DNA from: Trichinella spiralis
Taxonomy: Eukaryota
NCBI RefSeq assembly: GCF_000181795.1
Contig: NW_003526941.1
Coordinates: 248,001 to 312,000, forward strand
Direction: 5' to 3'
Length of the DNA stretch: 64,000 nt
A model generated the notes under the pieces. It was not told the origin of the DNA and made no database searches. It saw only the letters and a program-made list of their open reading frames with translations. The position numbers and the translations under genes were made by a program. Shown piece after piece: positions 52,801 through 64,000 of this stretch; position 1 is the first letter of the stretch; every line of letters starts with the position of its first letter.

Positions 52801-55800
52801 CGGATGAACGATGCCAACAAATCTGAGACAAGCATCGTTCACAAACACAGACGACGTTCAAGCCAACATCCGCATGTCCCCACTGCTTGTGTTTTACGGG
52901 CAGATTCTGAATTTCACGTTGTGCAAAAGTTCAGCCGCTTACCGTTGGTCGAAAGTGCCACTACAAATCTGGACCGTAACTACCCAACTAACACAAAGCC
53001 TATCCACTAATAATAAAGTACATTCTCTCTTCAAAGCAGAAACATCTACACATTAAAGAACAAGAAAATAGTATCCCATCTTCATTATACATGCTGTTCT
53101 GTTGTTCATTTTCTCTTTTAATATACATATATATATTTCACGTTCATTTATTAATTTTTATCACTTTGCAACTCTGCCAACAGTGCAACTAGTAAAATTG
53201 TTTTCTCTTTTCTTGCTTATTCGCTTTAGCAATTTCTTTATCAATTTTGTCGTGAAAACAATACACTCCTTTCCAAAACTTTCCATATATACACAGACAT
53301 AGGTATGCACATGCATACAGAATATATACATACAGAAGTATCCTATGTGAACAAAAGTCATAAATTTTCGTACAAAATAAATGGAGCATTGAGTTCAGAA
53401 ATGAAATGATAAAATATGGAATTTCTTTTCGACTGATCAAATCTATCTATTAGGTAATTTTCTTCTAACAATCGGCCATCATCTCGAAAAAATCTTTTAA
53501 CAAATCCTAAATGGTCTTCAAACATTTTCAAGCTTCAATGTTAAATAACATAATATCAAAGTGACGTCAGGGTAGAAAAAGGCCATTTTGATTATTTGAT
53601 CGCCAGACGAAATCAGCATCTGCTCAAGCGTCGATCAAGATTGTCCTAGTCAATCTGCAAATTTCTGACACAAATAGATGAATCATCGAAGAATATGAGA
53701 TTCGGCTAAAAATTCTACCAACGTGTACACTCAATGTCAAACTACAAATTCTTATTCAAATTCTATTTCTCATGCAAATTGTACAGGTGAGAATAAATGA
53801 CGTATGGAAGAATGAACAGTTTCGAAAAATTTCAGCATTCACCACTACGCGGAAAATCATCGATCCATGCAGAGGGCGGAAAATCAGCAAACCATTATTG
53901 AGCAATAACCTAACACCACTGCCAGATAATAATCGCCGTGCACTGGAAGGCAAATTAGTTGATAAAATAAAGTTTACAATTTTTATGTTTACAGTGCTGA
54001 TTAATATAATCCCCACAAAAGAATTCGAATAGAATCAAATTCATTCCCGTCAATATGCACATATAATTGCAGTGAATGTACAAATAACTGGCAAGCCAAT
54101 TGTATTGAGTTAAATTCGAAATAAGCTGCCGAAATCTGCTGGAATATGTACACGCATACACAAAAAAAAATTCAAATCTCAGAGTATGAAACATTTCAAA
54201 ATTAAAACTGAAAATATGAACAGTCTGCAGTTGCACATAAATGTTTCACATAAAATACAATTTATAATGTGTCTATGATACTGAATGTCACAGTTGCCTG
54301 ACAAAAGAGGAATAAACAAAAATAACAAAAATCGTATGAATGTAAAAAAATAAACCAAAATTTCCAAGCATTTTTACAAGTGATATAACACAGTTTAGTA
54401 TTGTTTGCATCGAATGCAAAGTTATACTTACTGATTACGCTTGCAAAGACAGTAGAATACGTTTTTGACCTTTTGTTAATTTCTTAATTGAATATATCAC
54501 GCATTTATGAAGCAGAAAGAATTTACATTTATTAGATCTCATTCAGTGAGAAAAAGTTGCTCAGATGAAAAATATTATAAATAAATAAAAGTTGACAAAA
54601 AGCAAACCTTACCTAGACCGCATCTTTCTCCGTTGGTTTCTACAGTAAATTTGCATGGTCGATTAACCACACCACCTTGCAATCCAGGACCAAATGCACG
54701 AATTTTGGACGTCATTTCAGAATCTACCATCACCTGAAACAATTAAAATTATAAATAAACATTTAAAACAAATAGAATACTGTCAACGCATAGTGCAATC
54801 GAAATAAACGCATGCTACTACACTTTATAGAAGTACATTGAAAACAGTTTCAAAATGTAACAGTAACAACAACAAACTAATTGATGTTTCCCTTGAAGAA
54901 ATAGCTTGACCAAAAGAGTAGAAAAGAACAACTGATTTAACGAACAAATGCTTCAAAAAAGAGGCAAAATGAGTTTTTGAGCTTCTTGTCCAATGCACAT
55001 ATTTTAATGAAACATTTTTTCCAAACTTTCTCAAGTTCAAGTTAGACAATAAATACTAATTAGCCATTCTCAGAATGCAAACTGAAGAATGCAAGTTAAG
55101 CAATAGTAGCATTCTGATGAGCTGAAAAAAATTTTGTCCATAATTTAACTCATGCAAAAACAGATTATCTGACATCTTTGGAAATCATGATACAACATCT
55201 CCACAACTTTTCAGCATTTCAAATTAAAAAATATTTTTTAATATATTTTTGACGTATCATTATTTTTTTAGATACGAATCTCCATAATCAGTATCAGTAG
55301 TATTAAGATTATTAAGATGGAGATGATATTTTTTTTAATATTGAAGCACATCAATACAAACACAACAATCTTTTGACAAATTCATCTCTTGCACCACATG
55401 TTCATCACCATCATGGAGATATTTGAAAAATTCGCAAAAAAAATAAATTTAATTTCATTTTTCTACCAAGTATTTGGATTTCAAAAAAAAAGAATGCTTA
55501 CTTCAAAAGGGCTAGAGGGAAAATCTTTCCCATCATATTTGATGTGCAGAATGTGAAGACCAGCTTGTGTTGGCTGATAAATTCCTTCCACTTTCAGCGG
55601 ACGAATGGAAGTGTTTTTTCGATGAATCGGCACAATGCTTCCATCTTAAACAAAAAATCCGATTTCAACAGCCAGAAATCACTGTAAATTGCTGACAGCA
55701 AATTTGACCATTCGACAGTGTCAAATTGAATACACAAAAGGAATAAATAAAACAAGCTCCATAATGAAGTCATCTTTCCATAATTTTTATTTCTTCTCAA

Positions 55801-58800
55801 TGATAAAGAAATTAATTGCTTACAAACCAGATCAACTGGTTGGCAACTTTGTTCAAAAGCCGTCTATTTATGCAGCTTATGAATGTGCCGCCAACATAAC
55901 AACAAAATATGACTTATTACAAATTTTGCATTGCAAAAATTAAAAAAATAATCATTACAGTATTTCACTCTAAACTACACAAAAGTATACAATTTAAAAT
56001 TTATAATGATTATTGGACACTATTACATTAATAAAATGTCAAACTTAATTAATCAAGTAAAATTAATCTAATAATTAAACTTTATAAATTATTAAATTAT
56101 GAATGAAAATTCTTTAACTATAACAAGAAAGAAAGAAAAACAATACCAGAATGTTTAACGATCATTTCAACAAGCGATGCATCTGCATCGCCGTTGCAGA
56201 GGATTCGAACATCGACCTTATCACCAACTCGAATTCCAGAGTTTTGAATACCACGACCGAACACTTTCCATTCAAAAGCTGCAAAATTGATAGTTAGTTA
56301 TAAAAGTTTTGAATAAGACATATTTTATGTAAAATTTTACATTCCGATGCAACCCAAACTTCATATGGGTTGTTGTTCAATACAGAATGATCGTCATAAA
56401 ATATGTTTATTGTGTGCATGCCGACCATGTCAGGCGTATATTCACAGCGCAACATATCACCACTCATTCGTCGAAATCGTTGATTAACACTGTCAGATTT
56501 TCCATTCGGATTCAAAATCTGAATTGCAAATTTCTTCTCATCACCGCCTATAATTTATCAAAAGTAAAGCGTCTTAAATATATATATATATATATATATA
56601 TATTTCTCGTTCAATACATCAAACGAAAAATAAATATTACTATAATTAGATGTATCATATTAAAAAATGAAATTAAATTTTGTTCCATTAATTTTCAAAT
56701 AAACCATACAAAGATTAAAAGCGCATATGACAACTTAAGCATAGCATACAGCAGAATATAATGCACTTTTTCTTTTATTAATTAATTAGTGAAAATTTTA
56801 TCTTGAAATTTTGATGTAATGTATTGAAGTGAATTGAATTTTGATGGATGTATTGAAATGTAAATTTTGTTAACAGTTTTGAATTTAACAATAATATTTT
56901 TATAGCGAAATAAACTAGTATTGGCCAATGACCGTTCATATGTAAATGAAGTAGAATGAATGTGAAAATCAGTAAATGAAGAAGGTGCTAGTTTCATTTT
57001 CATTCATTCATGGTCACTGAAAGAAAGATTTATCGTTAAATGACCGCAAATTTGGTCAATGGCCAGCCAAAACGCTGTCACAAATTTGATGCTTATCAAG
57101 ACAATTTTCTTTCCAACATGCTGCATTCAATTGAACATTCATTTATCAAAACAAAAATCAAAGTGGAATAATAATTACCCGCCATATAAATATCAAAATG
57201 TGTAGTCTTTCCAGAAGTAACACCTGACTGTAGACCAGGACCAGATGCTTTGATTTGCAGAATTTGTTTCGTTTTTGTAACAGGATATTCTAATTTGTTA
57301 CTGTCAGTCTTTCCAACAACTGACGACCCAGTTGGTGCTCCAGGTTGTAGCTTAGCATTCGGATATTGGCTCAGATAAGTCATCATGCTCATTTCATCCA
57401 CATCTGGATTAATAAATTCTTCAGGTTCTATTAGCTGCAAAAAAAAAGATTTGGTGCTAACAGTTGAGCTGGTTAATTTTAAAATTCGTCAATTCACCTT
57501 TGGAATGACCAACCATTTTTCTGCCAAATCCATAGCAATGGTGGTATTCTTCAAAGCATTCGCTGCTTTCCACATCGACCATTCTGGACATAAACCTTCA
57601 AAATAGACAATACATTGCTGTTAAAATTGACACCACAAGAAAATTCTACTATAAATTAATTGTTACCTGGAGCAAGAGAATCTACCAAAGCACCGAGAGG
57701 TCGTCCGTCGCTCCATTGTGTTGTTAAATTAGTCAGGTGAAAACCAGGAATCTGAATAACAATTTCGAATAAATAATAGTCAGACAAATAATCAGAAAAA
57801 AATTTTAGTAAATTTTAATTAACACAACTATATCTAATAAAAAGTAAATGAAACTTAATAATTTGAAAATTTTCATGGCATATTAAAATGAGGAATATAT
57901 TTTAAGAATGGTTAATTTTAAGCAACTAATGACAATAACATCGAAAAAACAAACCTTGGAATTTAGCCAATCAAGAAGACGTTGCTTAGGAGGTATCGGA
58001 AGTTTATGCTTGTTTTCTTGATTCTGCCGATTTTTTTCATTATCCCATATTTGTGCATCAATGGAATAATGCAAAATTAACGTCCATACCAAACCCAAAA
58101 TTAACTTCAATCTTCCATCAACAATATCAGAGCTATCTAAATTGAAATACGTCGAGAAATTAATAATTTTTTGACAATAATTCAATGAGAAAAATGCGGT
58201 AATATTTTCATGATGCTTGCAAATAATTTTTAATGTTTCTATTAGATAAATGATACATTATTCCCCATAGTCTTAACACAGCATAATAAATAAACAGTAA
58301 AAAAAGTAATATACTTTTAACAGATGATAGAAATAGCAAATTACTGTATTGGTTTGTATATTGCAGAGTTTATATAAAAACGTGTTCAAAAAACAAAGAT
58401 TAAATAAAATAACTGCAGTTGAGAGTGGAATTGAATTTTCATATTCTTAATGATTGATAATTGTTCAAAAATTTTACATTATTCTTATTTATAATACTAG
58501 AGATACTAGAAATTTGTTGTGCTGAAAAATGTGAAAATTGTCGACTGCTACCGTAGATTTTGTTGCTACTGCTTTCAGAATAAATAGCAAATAAATAGCA
58601 GTATTATAATAATTGAAAATAAAAAAGAATGAAATATGAAAAACAGATATATTTACAACAGTTAAACGGTAAGTTAAAAGAAAGAAAAAACAAGTCTTAG
58701 CAAACATCATCAAACGGTGACTTACAGGTGCCCTTCACCTACAATCAGCCGATTCGTTGAATTTTCATAATTCGACTATTTTACTTTATTGCACATAGAA

Positions 58801-59716
58801 CAGCCGCTTCCAAGGACAAGTAAAACGTGTCGTTGGCCGACCACTGGTCACTATCCCATTGTAGAATAATGTTACAGATCAAAGTATTCATTAAATATAT
58901 AAAATCAACCCGATACAAAACGTAAAAAATGCTACATAATATTACAAATTTGCAAGCATATAAAAAACAAGAGAACAACTGCAAATCACCAACTAATTAA
59001 AAAAATAGCACTGAATTATATAAGTATACACACATATATATAATTATACAAAAAAAAGCAATAGCTGGTTTTTCCAAATTCCAAATTTAATTTTTTTCGT
59101 CTGAATGAAATGGAATATTTAAAAAAGAAAATTAGAACTGAAAAAAAGAAACAACCATGAATGAATGAATGAATGAATGAAGCAAATTCGAAAAATGCAT
59201 TTTCAACAAACGGCCATCAATTATCCTCGTTTTTTACCTATTAATCAGTTGTAAGGAATGCAAGTAAGTCACCAAGTCAGAAAATGATATTGAATGTTGA
59301 ATAAATGTAACGAATGAAACTGGAAAATTAATTTTTTCAATTCAATTTATAATTTTTCAATTTATAATGTAGAAATTTTGAAAATTTTTTGGATGTTTTT
59401 TTTTCATACCTATATTTACTAGCTTGATTCCTTCGACAGTTTCTAGAAATGACAAAGCTACAGAAACGTTTTCCAATCTCTGCGATCGAAAATTTGGCTT
59501 TTTGTTGTAACGTGGCAATTTTTTCTTCGACAACACCTCCAAAAGACGAATAAGCAGCAGACCGTCGGTGAGGTCCGTTTCCAAATTATTCACACTACAG
59601 TCGACCATCTTCAGGCGTTCATTAACCCAACGCGTGAATGTGTTCTGTTGGATCGTTTTCCATTTTGCCTTATCACGAGACTGAATGGCCACCAAATCCA
59701 TCTCCTCATTAACCAT
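35382..59716 (-). CDS. fln-1: Filamin (two CH domains plus Ig-like filamin repeats), >30 exons
   Basis: CH1 reads KWKTIQQNTFTRWVNE...DLTDGLLLIRLLEVLS...LENVSVALSFL and SSDIVDGRLKLILGLVWTLILHYSI. CH2 ends VDEMSMMTYLSQYP. Many repeats carry GPGL...F.VDT..AG and HIPGSPF motifs. The last exon ends ...YGNKHVPGSPFMLQI*, stop at 35382. The family is certain; exact orthology is inferred. Confidence 0.95.
39421..40879 (-). CDS. Putative filamin alternative first exon (40836-40879) plus 11-nt microexon (39421-39431)
   Basis: ATG ATG AAT...TGC AT|gtaagt joins tttttag|C TCA AAT GCT G|gtaaag and then the exon at 38236 (GT GGT TTG...) in one frame: MMNGVFGYRGALVCISNAGGLSVKIEGP. Confidence 0.55.
40696..40729 (+). 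repeat. (GTA)n microsatellite, imperfect
   Basis: gtagtagtag... run in a filamin intron. Confidence 0.85.
41100..41120 (-). CDS. Putative 21-nt filamin cassette microexon (GSSILAS)
   Basis: ttttgtag|GAAGCAGCATTTTGGCTTCTG|gtaagt; symmetric phase 1-1, matching the flanking exons; no stop codon. Confidence 0.6.
43780..43835 (+). repeat. Compound (TA)n(TG)n microsatellite in a short filamin intron
   Basis: Directly visible in the sequence. Confidence 0.95.
44853..44898 (+). repeat. (TTACA)n pentanucleotide microsatellite, imperfect
   Basis: ttacatcacatcacattacattacattacattacatta... directly visible. Confidence 0.9.
48990..49013 (+). repeat. (TG)n microsatellite
   Basis: Directly visible in the sequence. 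Confidence 0.9.
51917..53010 (+). CDS. Candidate nested antisense gene in the 7-kb filamin intron; single-pass membrane protein of unknown family
   Basis: A stop-free frame runs 52489-53010 after a tag acceptor, with higher GC than the surrounding intron. It has a hydrophobic stretch FGGVLFVGGTVMLTASCLGLVVC followed by RLCRMRRK, and AATAAA at 53012 directly after the stop. An upstream open exon-like block 51917-52137 is bounded by ctgtag and gtattt. Confidence 0.5.
56578..56602 (+). repeat. (TA)n microsatellite
   Basis: Directly visible in the sequence. Confidence 0.9.
59157..59180 (+). repeat. (ATGA)n tetranucleotide microsatellite
   Basis: atgaatgaatgaatgaatgaatga directly visible. Confidence 0.9.
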
Positions 59717-60023
59717 TATAGGGTATTTTATTATGTTCACGTTGAAAATGTGAACAAAAATACAAAAATTAAAAAATTTGTTATCAATAACAACAATATA
59801 CAAAAAAAGCAACGCAGCAATGCAAAAGCAGACCAAAAGCGACGAGTTTGTCAAAATGCCGCCGGTTGATTTGCTCTTAAACAATTGTTCACGTGCAGCC
59901 AAAACTTCTCAAACACGCTATTCGATGCCAATTTAGGTCAACTGATTCAAACTAGCGTCATCTGTCGACAACTGCTTGCAGGCAATCAAAGGTTATATCA
60001 CTTCCTTTCGTTGTGTGCAATTT

Positions 60024-60055
60024 CCCCTCCCCTCCCCTACCCCTACCCCTCCCCC
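60024..60055 (-). promoter_or_regulatory. G-quadruplex-forming motif (six G4-5 tracts on the filamin sense strand) ~310 nt upstream of the filamin ATG
   Basis: The + strand reads cccctcccctcccctacccctacccctccccc. Function is inferred, not shown. Confidence 0.55.
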
Positions 60056-63000
60056 TACACTGTACCCCTTTGCCTCTGCATTGGTGCGATTGCTTAATTT
60101 ACATATTTGTGCTTCATCTGCAACTGAACACTTGCAAATTACCTTCTTTACTTATCCATCACACTAGTTATTCACAAATAAACATTCTACCTCCTACATC
60201 AACAAGTAGAATCTCAATCAAATTTACACATCTGACAATAATTGAAACTACATTTTCAAAAAATGTATATAAATTTAAAAATTTGGAAAAAATCGCTTAT
60301 ACACAGTATAGAATACCAATTAGTATTTACTTGGTATTTATTTATCAAATATATCTTGTGCAAACAACAGCTTTACTATCATTGGAAACATTCTTACCTA
60401 TTTAAAAAGCAAATTCGCAGAATTTGCAACATTAAAAAGAACACAACATACAATAATGTAAAATAAAATGAAACAAACATTCCGACATTATTAAAAATAG
60501 AAATTGTGAAATAAAAAAAGAATTTAAATATCATATTTAAGTGAATTATATTCATTTAATAAAAACAAAAACGTCCATTACTGTTGTTCGTCTTCAACTA
60601 CGTACGCAAGCGAACACTAAGTGAAGAAAACACTGAATAAAGATAAAAAGTTGCTTGGCAAAGCATCAAAAATGAATTTCCTCCTATACTTTCAATAACT
60701 GTATTTTCACATCTTGAACATTACAATTGCATATAAATTTAACAAAGAATGTTTGCAATGTTCAAATAAAATGAATAACTGACTAATAAACCTCTGAACA
60801 TGGTATTTAGCTAAATTAAACTGCAACAAAACAACTCTCTGAGCAACAACTATTGTTCGTATTCGCGATGATAAAAATAAACAAATTCTGACGCTGAAAT
60901 GTTATCAGAAATATCGTCATTCTACGTAATATGCAAAAATGATTATCATAAATGTCAAATTTTGAATACCACATCTTGAAACGTACAATAATAACAACTC
61001 TGTCAACTTTGATCAAATTGGTTGGTTTCTGATTAAAAATAATAATAATATCCAACTATGCAATGAGCTATTGAACTATAATAAGCGTCAATTATAAAAC
61101 AAGAATTGCCCCCTCATACAAATGAAAAATATGAAAACAAAAAAACGGCAGTTTTACAGTAAAAAATAAAGCTTATTATTTTGGATAAAATTAAAAAAAC
61201 AATATATACAATGATAAACATATACAAAAATTTGTATTACACATCTTTTTATACGAGCAAATTGCAAACTAAGCATTATGTCATTGGTAATATAAATTTA
61301 ATTTTGCAACTCATTTAACATTAATACTTTAACTTATTAATATAATTATTTACATTACGTAAATCATTTATTATTTGCTTTTACACATTCTACAGTTGCA
61401 CGTGAACAATAGCAGATAAGTAGAAAGATTAGACAGAATTTAAAAAAGTAAGTATTATTTTACGATACATTAATTCAACAATCAATTATCTTTCACAGTT
61501 AGCTTTGATAAAACAAATGTATTTACTTTTATTAAATTTCACATAAAATTCTGAAAATGCAAAGGCACCTACAAGTTGAAATTTTCTTCACTATCTAAGT
61601 GACATTAAAGTTAAACATAATTCTGTACAGCAACTGTATATCAATAAACTGACTTCAAAAAGTATTTGCATTATATATATATATATATATATTCTTATTT
61701 TCTAGTACATGATAAATTGTGCAAAACGCTTCAGAAATTCTAGCAAAGTAACATATCTGAAATTTTCTTAAACCTTCATCATAATTTTCCATTTCACCCA
61801 TTATTTGAAATAAAAATAACTATGAATTACGAAAAATATCCAACAATTAAAACAACAAAAGTTACAATAATTAATTTCAATGAAGGAACATCATGCATAT
61901 TGTCAGTGTAGATCAAATAATATATATGAGCTATTTGCATAAAAAATCTTTTGAAATGCTAATTTTTCTTCTTCTGTGCAATGAATGCACTTTCACATTA
62001 ATTTTGCAAAGTTGCTTTAGTTTCCTCAACCAAAAACTTTTCCATTACAATTTTTTAAAAATAATTTTAACAATATTATAAGTACAACAGAAAATATAAG
62101 CATTGTGATGGCTCAGCAAATACTTTACTTATAATTATTGTAGAAATGCAGAATACACATACATATATTTATAATTTGAAATATTTTCCTCTTTAATCTT
62201 TAAATTCAAACTATCGTAAGTCTTACTCAGTTACAAAGAAAATTATATTTCACAAACAACAAAATAACGAAAAATAAAAATAAATGCTTAAAAAATATGA
62301 CGACAACAATTATTAAAAATAACGTAATGCAATGAAATTTTTGAGCAAATAATAAATGCAACTTTTAATTTTTAAAATTGCCTCTAATTCTCATTTTCCT
62401 TTGCTTCTCTTTTTCTTCACTATTCTGCTTGCATGTACATTAGCAAAGAGTTGCAACGGTCAATGTAGTATTAATTGCAAAAAAATAATTTTTTTCACGA
62501 TAATTTTCAGTTTATGATTAACAAACAACGTAAACAGCTTGGTCAAACAACAAATGCTTCATTTAAGAAACATTTAAACCGGCTAAAACAAAGGATTGCA
62601 AAGTATTCTTTCCTGAATTTGTATTGCCATCACAAACAAACAGAACCAAAGACTAGTAAAATAACTACGAAGAAAGTGAGAAAAAGAGAAAAAGTGAGAA
62701 ACGGGCAGAAAAAAGCAATACCAATGCTAAAACAAAATATACGATAAATACAAATTATATATATATATATATGCATGTATTTTATTGTATGTGTAGAAGA
62801 AAATAGTTTATGGGTGATATATATGTATAGTTGTGATATGAAAAACGACATTAGCCATTCACGCTATTTCACGCAGGCTAAATAAGTGGATGATTACGGC
62901 AAAGTCGATTTGAAATATTGTCCAATCTGCTGTGTCGTTTCTGAAGACGTTGTTTACATTTAGAGTCACTAATGCCACACAGGTCCATACGGTTTATCAA

Positions 63001-64000
63001 ATATTTGCTAATCAGTTGGAGCCTATCGGGTGGTTGGTGTAGGCTGAGAGCACAGCAGACTCAATCTATTCAACAGGAAATTTCAGCTGCTAAACCAAGA
63101 CTAAGACTCCTCATTATAGACACACACACACACACATGCATGTATGCATATATACGTACATACATGTAAGTGCATATACAAAGAAAATGAAGATTGAATC
63201 GACAACAGTAATGATGAATGAAAAGCAAAAAAACACCCCCAAAAAGATCAGAGGTCAAAATTGAAGAAAAAAAGTCAGCTTTGACGGTAAAAAGAGAACG
63301 CTTTCATCCAGACCGCCCAAAGCCTCGAGGTCGAACAAACCTGAATAGAACCCCTGACCTCGACCAATCTGCAACTCGTTATCGACTGCTGACACAGTGC
63401 GAATATCATCCGAATAATCGCTAAATCGACCGTGTGAGATGCTGCTTTATTGTGCGCTTCTTCCTGCAAGCTGTAATATTTTTCCGTCTGTAATCTCATC
63501 TATCAATGTCAACACAGAATGCTGACTTGGGACGATTTGCTTTAATCGTTTGACGTCGGCCTCCGGTACTCAGTGACTCGAGCCTGGCTTCGCTGAACGA
63601 GCGCGACCGACAACATTGACACTGTGCTTTTTCTTCAATTTCTTCTCTTGTTTATTCATTAATTAATTAATTAATTGTGCTCGCGAAAAAAAATCCCTAC
63701 TCACATTTCATGCTAACACTAGCAGTGTCAATTTCCCTTTTCAGGACACTATCCATGACGTGATGATAATATACCATGCCAGATGACCAGCTACAATTCA
63801 GCTCCAATTCTACGTCACTGCTGGATTTTAACTGTTTATTCAATTTTGACTTGCCTAGCTACACCTGCCGGTTCTATCGCCTGGTGGTAAGTGATCGACT
63901 TTTCTATTTGCATTTGCATTTGCATTTGTATTTTTCAACCCTCTCCTTCTTCTTCTCTCACCTCAACCATTACTCATTACAACTCTTAACGCTGAATGTC

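Noticed and set aside
53560..54032. GC-richer block and 86-aa ORFs downstream of the nested gene candidate
   Set aside because: No consistent spliced frame could be built and there is no recognisable homology.
59717..59902. Hydrophobic N-terminal extension suggesting a membrane-anchored filamin
   Set aside because: TTG start, and T-rich sequence translates as hydrophobic by chance; the first in-frame ATG is at 59716.
1..64000. Prokaryote-type systems, transposons, tRNA/rRNA/snoRNA genes
   Set aside because: The sequence is spliceosomal-intron-rich eukaryotic DNA. No repeat-spacer array, transposase or RT motif, terminal repeats or cloverleaf was seen by eye. Small RNAs cannot be excluded without an Infernal/tRNAscan search.

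Overview
AT-rich, gene-dense eukaryotic genomic DNA with short GT-AG introns. The style and gene content suggest a clade I parasitic nematode such as Trichinella; this is an inference. Nine recognisable protein-coding genes were reconstructed by hand: two paralogous CCDC66-like genes (-) flanking a DNMBP/Tuba-like SH3-DH-BAR-SH3 gene (+), MCU (-), an intronless PSMC6/rpt-4 (-), POC1 (+), SLMAP (-), ECH1 (+) and a ~24 kb filamin (-). The main observation is that PSMC6 lies inside what must be an MCU intron on the same strand, and one tiny ATG-bearing exon (23543-23573) can splice in frame to either gene. Other observations: internal alternative first exons and microexons in filamin, a candidate antisense membrane-protein gene nested in a filamin intron, an ECH1 whose PTS1 has decayed (SKL to DTL), and SLMAP-filamin-CCDC66-POC1 linkage that mirrors human 3p. 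No rRNA, tRNA, CRISPR array or recognisable transposon was seen. Exon boundaries are manual predictions without transcript evidence.
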